From Eledone cirrhosa (taxonomy: Eukaryota): a DNA stretch of 64,000 nt. This document shows, piece after piece, positions 57,383 to 64,000 of the stretch (its first letter is position 1; the number at the start of each line of letters is the position of its first letter). The notes below the pieces were generated by a model. It saw nothing but the letters and a program-made list of their open reading frames with translations, made no database searches and was not told the DNA's origin. The translations under genes were made by a program, and so were the position numbers. Where the stretch lies: positions 114,638,001 through 114,702,000 of the forward strand of contig OZ024743.1 of assembly GCA_964016885.1 (NCBI GenBank), read 5' to 3'.

Positions 57383-57980
57383 GTGAGGAAGATGAAAGAC
57401 CAAGGGAGCACCCCTTCTCTGTGCTCCTGAGGAGAAGGGTTGCACACTTTTTTCGGGGGTGTGTGCGACCCCCCAAGGCGCCTCCTCTCTATTGAGGACT
57501 TTGTTATAAATTTTATTTTTTGTTATATTTTATTTTATTTTTATATATTGTTATTGCCTCCTCCTTATTGAGGACGCCTTGTTTTGTAAACTCCCCCCAT
57601 TGTACTTGTCCCACTTTTGATGCCCTGGTGGCAAATAAAAGAAACATATCTATCTATCTATCTATGTATCCATCTATCTATCTATCGTGGTTTAATTGTA
57701 TTTAATATACGAAAATATCAGTTGCTATTGCTTTATCCTTACCACTTATACGTTCATCGTTCGAGGTTTATCGTTGGTTTATAATAATTTACACATTACA
57801 GGTAACCTCAACAGTCACACACATGTAATTTAATGTCACTTAGCTCTAGGACAACTATTACAACTAGTACTCAGTAAGCTCACCTTGGATATCGTAATGG
57901 ACAGACAACTGAGAAGTAGAGGGCAGTGCTGTATATATATTATTAATTATACTAGATTTATCAGTATTATTAGTTATAAT

Positions 57981-58171
57981 AGGGCGGTGGATTGGCAGTA
58001 TCGGTAGAGGGTCGGACGCCATGCTTTCCAGCATAGTTACGTCCCTTTACGATCTGAGTTCAAATCCCGCCGAGGTTGACTTTGCCTTTCATCCTTACGG
58101 GGTCGATAAAATAAAGTACCAGTAATGCACTGGATAATTGCTGGCCTTGTGCCTAAAGTAGAAACAATTAT
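57981..58171 (+). mobile_element. tRNA-derived SINE (major family; also 33118-33218, 58317-58482, 59319-59540, 60492-60632, 63225-63410)
   Basis: A-box-like TGGCAGTATCGG and B-box GAGTTCAAATCCC; at least 10 copies in the window. Confidence 0.9.
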
Positions 58172-60129
58172 TAGTTATAATAGATTTATCTGGTTTGTCT
58201 CCGTTTAACGAAACCTAATAAACGATACAAAATGCCTGTTACTATCAATCAACGCACACAAAGAAAGCTTTGAATTAAAATCTTTCACTACACCAATTAT
58301 AAAAGGTATTCTATCTGTATGAGGGTCGGAGCCATGCTTTGCAGCATAGAGTTACAGCCCTTTATGGTCTGGGTTCAAATCCCACCGAGGTTAACTTTGC
58401 TTTTCATCCTTACGGGGTCGATAAAGCACCAGTGATGCACTGGGATAATTGCTGGCCTTGTGCCAAAAGTAGAAACAATTATTTTCTTGAAGTGTCTCTA
58501 GGACTTTTCAATAATCTACTATATCAATGTAATTGTTAAATTCTACGTATAATTCAGAGGGTATTTTTCTACTACTTCAGGTAGGGGGAACCGTTACAAA
58601 ACGTTCCCCGACACACATATACATGCACCCGTACACACAGACACATACACACGTAGATAAGTTCACGCACACGCATACATATGCATGAACACACACATAT
58701 ATACACACACAGATACACACATGCAGATACATGCGTACGCACATTTCATACACATAGACACGTATATACGTTCGCATACACACACACATACATATGCAGA
58801 TACATGCGTACATACATTCCATACACAGATACACACATGCAGATACACGCGTACGCACATTCCATACACATCCACACATACGTATATACGCGCTTAGACA
58901 TACTAACACACACATATATTTATTCACACGCGCACATATAGTTACACACACACACACACACAGATACACACACATACACAAAAAGAAACATAAAAATATC
59001 GTAGTCGTATCGTTGTGTAATATGGTTATTTCTGCTTAAAATCATAATTGACGAAACAGAAAAATTTAATTAGGAATTTAATATTTGGAAGGTAGTAATT
59101 GCACATTTTAAAGTCCGTTGGTTATGATTTAATTCAGCAAGTAGAAGCGTTGTAATCGAAGCTCACAGCTAACGTATGACATCAGATAAATATCTGATAT
59201 AATCTGAGAGCTCTTCACATATCTGTAGCTTGATAATCATCTTTAAAGCACGATAATGTTTATTATTTAGTTTCAAAATTTGCACTTTCTCTGTTTTATT
59301 TTATTATTTGTATATTGGCAGGGCAGTGGATGGCAGTATCGGTAGAGGGTCGGGCGCCATGCTTTGCAGCATAGAGTTACGGCCTTTTATGATCTGAGTT
59401 CAAATCCCACCGAGGTTAACTTTTCCTTTCATCCTTACGGGTTCAATAAAATAAAGTACCAGTCACGCACTGGAGTCGATTTAATCGACTTTCCTCTCCC
59501 CCGAATTGCTGGCCTTGTGCCTATATAAGAAACCATTATTTGTATATTGGCGCCATCAGATAGGACTGGTGTAGAGTGTAGATTTAACCACCAGTGTGGC
59601 AGAGATAGAGCAAGGAATAAGTATTTGAAAAACGAAAATTATGAGGAGCATCAACACAACCATTATCACAAGCCCTACCACCATCACAATCATCATCACT
59701 AACACCACAACTACCCCTCCCCAAACTACCACCATTATCACCACCACCACCACGACAAGCCCCACTGATTGATTTTCAATTTTAAGTTTTGTTAATTTAC
59801 GCTAGGGAGTCGATGACACCGTCAATGCTAATGGCCCTATAACCTGGAGCTTACCGAATTTAATATTTCAGTTTTAAAAGTGCAATAACAATTTAAATGC
59901 CATTGAAATGTTGGATGTCTCAAAAATACTTATAAAATGAGATCATTGCCTGAAATATTTATAATTTTCATATCTGAAAGATCAGCAAGAAGGAAACATT
60001 TTAGTAAAAATCGAAATGGAGACATTAGTGTTGAATACATTAAGAAAAGTAAAATTATTTATGATGAATTAAAGATAAATTATAAACAGATAATTTATCG
60101 CTCTACATGGCTGAATACAATAAATGTAA

Positions 60130-60271
60130 TCTGAGTTTTTCAAATATTAATAATAATATTCGATTCGTTTGCAACAATTATGCAAAGATCGTCTTTAAAG
60201 CAATGCCAGTAGAATGACCACGTCATTCTTGACGAATCGAATATTATTATTAATATTCGAAAAACTCAGAT
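60130..60271. repeat. Short foldback/MITE-like inverted repeat
   Basis: tctgagtttttc.aatattaataataatattcgattcgt ... acgaatcgaatattattattaatattcgaaaaactcaga. Confidence 0.8.
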
Positions 60272-61049
60272 AACAAAGATAAATTAAAGTCTGCTTAATT
60301 ATTGTCATACCATAGATTAGACGAATGTAGACGTATACAGATCGTATATTAAATGACGATTGTGACATACGTGAAATTGAAAAGTTTGGGTGTTGTAGTT
60401 TAGTTTGTTTGAAGCATTGTGTAAAGCGTAGAAAATATTGTGTTTTAAAGGCTACAGCAATTCAAATCGAAAAGTAAATATTAATAATAAAATTATTTCT
60501 ACTTTTGGCACAAGGCAATCACACCAGTGCATTGCTGGTACTTTATTTTATCGACCCAGTAAGGATGGAAGGCAAAGTTAACCTCGGTGGAAGTTGAACG
60601 CAGAACGTGCTGCAAAGCATAGTACTCGACCCTCTCTCTTCTCCATCCATGTCTGACAACAGCTGATGTCTCCCAGAAAGGGAAAGAGAGTAAGTGAGAA
60701 ATAGATATAGAGGAAAAATTGACCCAGTACTGAACTGGTACTTTTTTATCGACCTCAAAAGGATAAAGGGCAAAGTTACCATCGAGAGGTCTTGAAATCT
60801 TGTCAAGCATCTTATCCCACAATGTAACCACTACGCTAATTCACTGCCACATGTGTATGGGAGTATTTAATTTAGAAGGAATATTAAGCCTAAGAGCATA
60901 AATACAAATTAAGTTTGAAGCTCAACATTTTTTAAATGTACTTGCCCCCCGGAACTCTGAAATAGTCAATGTAAGCATTAGTTAAGCGTCATGTGTATTT
61001 GCCTCGTAGACATGAGTTATTTGTTTGTTTATTTATATGTATGTATGTT

Positions 61050-62078
61050 TTCTCTTTCTCTTAATTTCGAGTATATTTTTTTGACCGGCCACCTTCCTGG
61101 TGGCAAGGTTGTAAAAGAAAAGAAATTGTCATCCCTTGAATCGCAAGAATGTTTTGCATATTTTGAAGGTGCCAGCTATCGCAGCCATTTGTAGACTATG
61201 AATTAGGGAGCTGCGCTTTTTGTCCGCAAATCCAAGTTCGGTCATACTTTGGTCCAAGCGGGTTGGTATATAACCCGTAGCACCAATAATTATGGGTATG
61301 AAGCTAAAGGTGTATCTTGGATACTGGATTTGTAAGCTCCTCATCAATGGTCCGTAGATGTCCTCCTTCTCCTGTATTTTTCTGACAACGTTTACATCAA
61401 GTGGGCAGCTGATCTCCACACCAGAACACGTTTTCAATGTGTGGTCCCAAACTACAATATCAGGCCGGTTGTGCTTTAATTTGGTGGCAGTTTTTATTTT
61501 CAGGTTCCACCAGTATTCCTTAGTGCCATCTGTCTCAATATATTCTTCCTCGTTTGTTGTTAATTTTGTTTTCCGAAGTGCGTTCCAGATAGTTCTAGCT
61601 ATCCCATCGTGTCTCATGGGGAGGTAGTAGCGAGATGACATTCTTTCGCAGCTGGCAACAATGTGGCTTACATCCTCGATCTTTGTTTTACATAGCCTAC
61701 ATTTATTGTCAGCTGCTGGCCCTCCTCTTTTGTGCAGCAGATATTTGGTAGGGAGTTCTTGTTCCTGTATTGCATAGAGATATCCCTCAAGGTGTGATGT
61801 CATAAACTTGTCGGAACTCCATGCCAGGCTTTTTGAGTGGTTTATCCCCTCTATGGTCTGTGTTTTACGCCTCAAGTATCCATGCACAACTTTCTCTGTA
61901 AATTGGTCAATTTTTTTTTTCTTGTTTGAACATTGAATAGGATCTTCCGATTTCTCTGGGTGAGAGATTTATATCAGGCTTTATTCCATATCTCTCCTCC
62001 AGATCAGTCGCTATTCTAATGATATTTCTTTTTTCATGCTCATAAACCTGAGCAAGATGGTCGCCAACCTTTTTCCTC
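61050..62078 (-). mobile_element. R4/Dong-like LINE 3' fragment with restriction-like endonuclease
   Basis: CRLC...H...C, RHD, RPDIVV, VEISCP and K...Y in ORF 61129..61887; flanked by TATG-type repeats. Confidence 0.88.
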
Positions 62079-62211
62079 TGTATGTATGTATGTATGTATG
62101 TATGTATGTATGTATGTATGTATGTATGTATGTATGTATGTATGTATGTATGCATGTATGTATGTATGTATGTATGCATGTATGTATGTATGTATGTATG
62201 TATGCATGCAT

Positions 62212-62820
62212 GTCAGGTCACCAGTTGGTGCTACTGGTAACATGTATCCCAGTACAACCTGTCTCATGGTCGGGTCGTTGGCGATTAAACTGGCAACCCC
62301 ACCAAGGTTTCTTGGTGAGGAGGGTGACTTTGGAGATCCTGCAGGACTAAAAACAAAACCTGTCAAAGGGCAAAGGAGCTCTTAAGAGTCAATGGCCATC
62401 CAAAATCACCGGGAGAGATGACCCCTTAGCCTTTGTCAAGGCAGAATTCTAGGAGAAGGAAAACTCTGATATAACACCAGCAAACCTGATGGTTTCCAAT
62501 GATGTTGACTTGTTCTTCTTTTTGGTAAATATCATCTTGGTTAAGAGAGTGGGACTGGCTTTGTGCAGTGCCTTTGCTCACTATAAAAGCTTCACGGCAC
62601 ATGCATTGCTTTATATCTGGAGATCTCTCTGCACTTGTCGTCACATCGTACCATGGGCCCAGCACTAGGTGGCAATAATTGTCACAGGTGTAGTGTTTGT
62701 ACCAGAGTTTTCAAGACGCTGGCTGGACTAAAAAGTCACACTTGTTTAGCGCATCAGTAGGGGTTCTCCTACATGGATATAAAGTAGTGGCCGTACTAAA
62801 AAACGAGTTGGCAGCCACCA
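62212..62820 (+). mobile_element. Second copy of the ~610-bp element, in (TATG)n
   Basis: Reverse complement of 48995-49606. Confidence 0.75.
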
Positions 62821-64000
62821 TGTATGTATGTATGTATGTATGTATGTATGTATGTATGTATGTATGTATGTATGTATGTATGGATGGATGTAGCTAGGTA
62901 TGTATCTAGTTATGTATCTAGGTATGTATCTCTCTATCTATTTATATATATATCTGTCTGTCTCTACCTACCTACATTTCAATCTACCTTTCTACCTTCC
63001 TAATCTACTATCTGTCCAACTATATAAGCAATGCTAAAGTTATACGAATCATCGTATAACTTTATATTTGAGCTATCCAAAATATATTATTTAAAATAGA
63101 AACAACTTAACCTAACTGCTTGACATCTGCATATACATCTTAACATCTATTTTCACTTACAGCACATATATCTTAATATGTTATGATTGACTGCACATGG
63201 ATGTTACTATGTTTTCTAATCTAGGGTTTTGTAGTGCATCAATAAACTGCCATTGCGGTATTTATTCTGGCACATTATATTCTGAGTTAAAATCCCACCT
63301 AAGCCAATTTTACCTTTCATCCTTCTGGCGCCGATAACATAAATTATTAGTCAAATACTGGGGTTGATATAATTAAATTTGCCCTTCCCCTAAATTTGCT
63401 GGCCTTGTGCAATCTCACCATCAGAAATATTGATAGAATACCAAGATTGTCTTTTTCGTAGTTCTAGTTTTTTTTATTCTTTTATTAACCACATATCTTA
63501 AATTCTCGCTCAGGCTGATTTCAACATTCTAATTTGTTTATTCAATAATTCGTTGAGAATATCCTCATATATCAATGTTGCTTCTGAATTTTTTTTTACT
63601 TCCAATTACAAATGGCTTTTCTTAGTTACTAAAGCTGCAATAGAACAAAATACCACACCATTTCTCTCTTTCTATCACATATGCATACACATTCTTACAG
63701 ACACATATACGAATACACACCTACGTACATACACATAAACACACACTCAGACAGGCACATATACAAAGGCAGACACATGCACACAAATATACATACTCAA
63801 ACAGACACATATACGTACACAACCATAGACATATACACTCATTGAGCTAATTGAAACACACACTCAGATAGACACACGTACAAACACAGGCACTCAGACA
63901 GACATACATAAAAAAACACATCCACAGACTCCGTTTACTCTCTGAATGCTACACTCTCCACATGTTACAGACAATTAGCTCCGCCATTGGCACAAGGCCA

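Larger units (their letters stand above)
52532..57645 (+). mobile_element. Near-intact Tx1-clade (L1 group) LINE between (CTAC)n and (TATC)n
   Basis: ORF1 plus ORF2, AATAAA at ~57634, (TATC)n tail. Confidence 0.93.

Overview
This is a repeat-dominated, AT-rich animal genomic window with no recognisable host protein-coding exon; the SINE families and dense (TA)n tracts suggest an octopus/cephalopod (inference). Conventional content: a near-full-length pseudogenised Helitron, a near-intact Tx1 LINE, CR1-group, RTE and R4/Dong LINE fragments, a deleted mariner, a hAT MITE, a deleted Gypsy-type LTR element with a tRNA-Trp PBS, and many tRNA-derived SINEs. The notable signal is about 10 families of short elements embedded in (TA)n. 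Many carry a minimal type I hammerhead ribozyme (HHR) fold: stem I-CUGANGA (or covariant UUGANAA)-stem II-GAAA-palindromic stem III-NUH-stem I. Three such HHRs lie downstream of Penelope-like GIY-YIG endonuclease remnants. Most others form head-to-head inverted pairs (left arm minus, right arm plus) with both 3' ends facing outward into (TA)n. All folds and coordinates were read by eye; most ORF-track entries are microsatellite artefacts.
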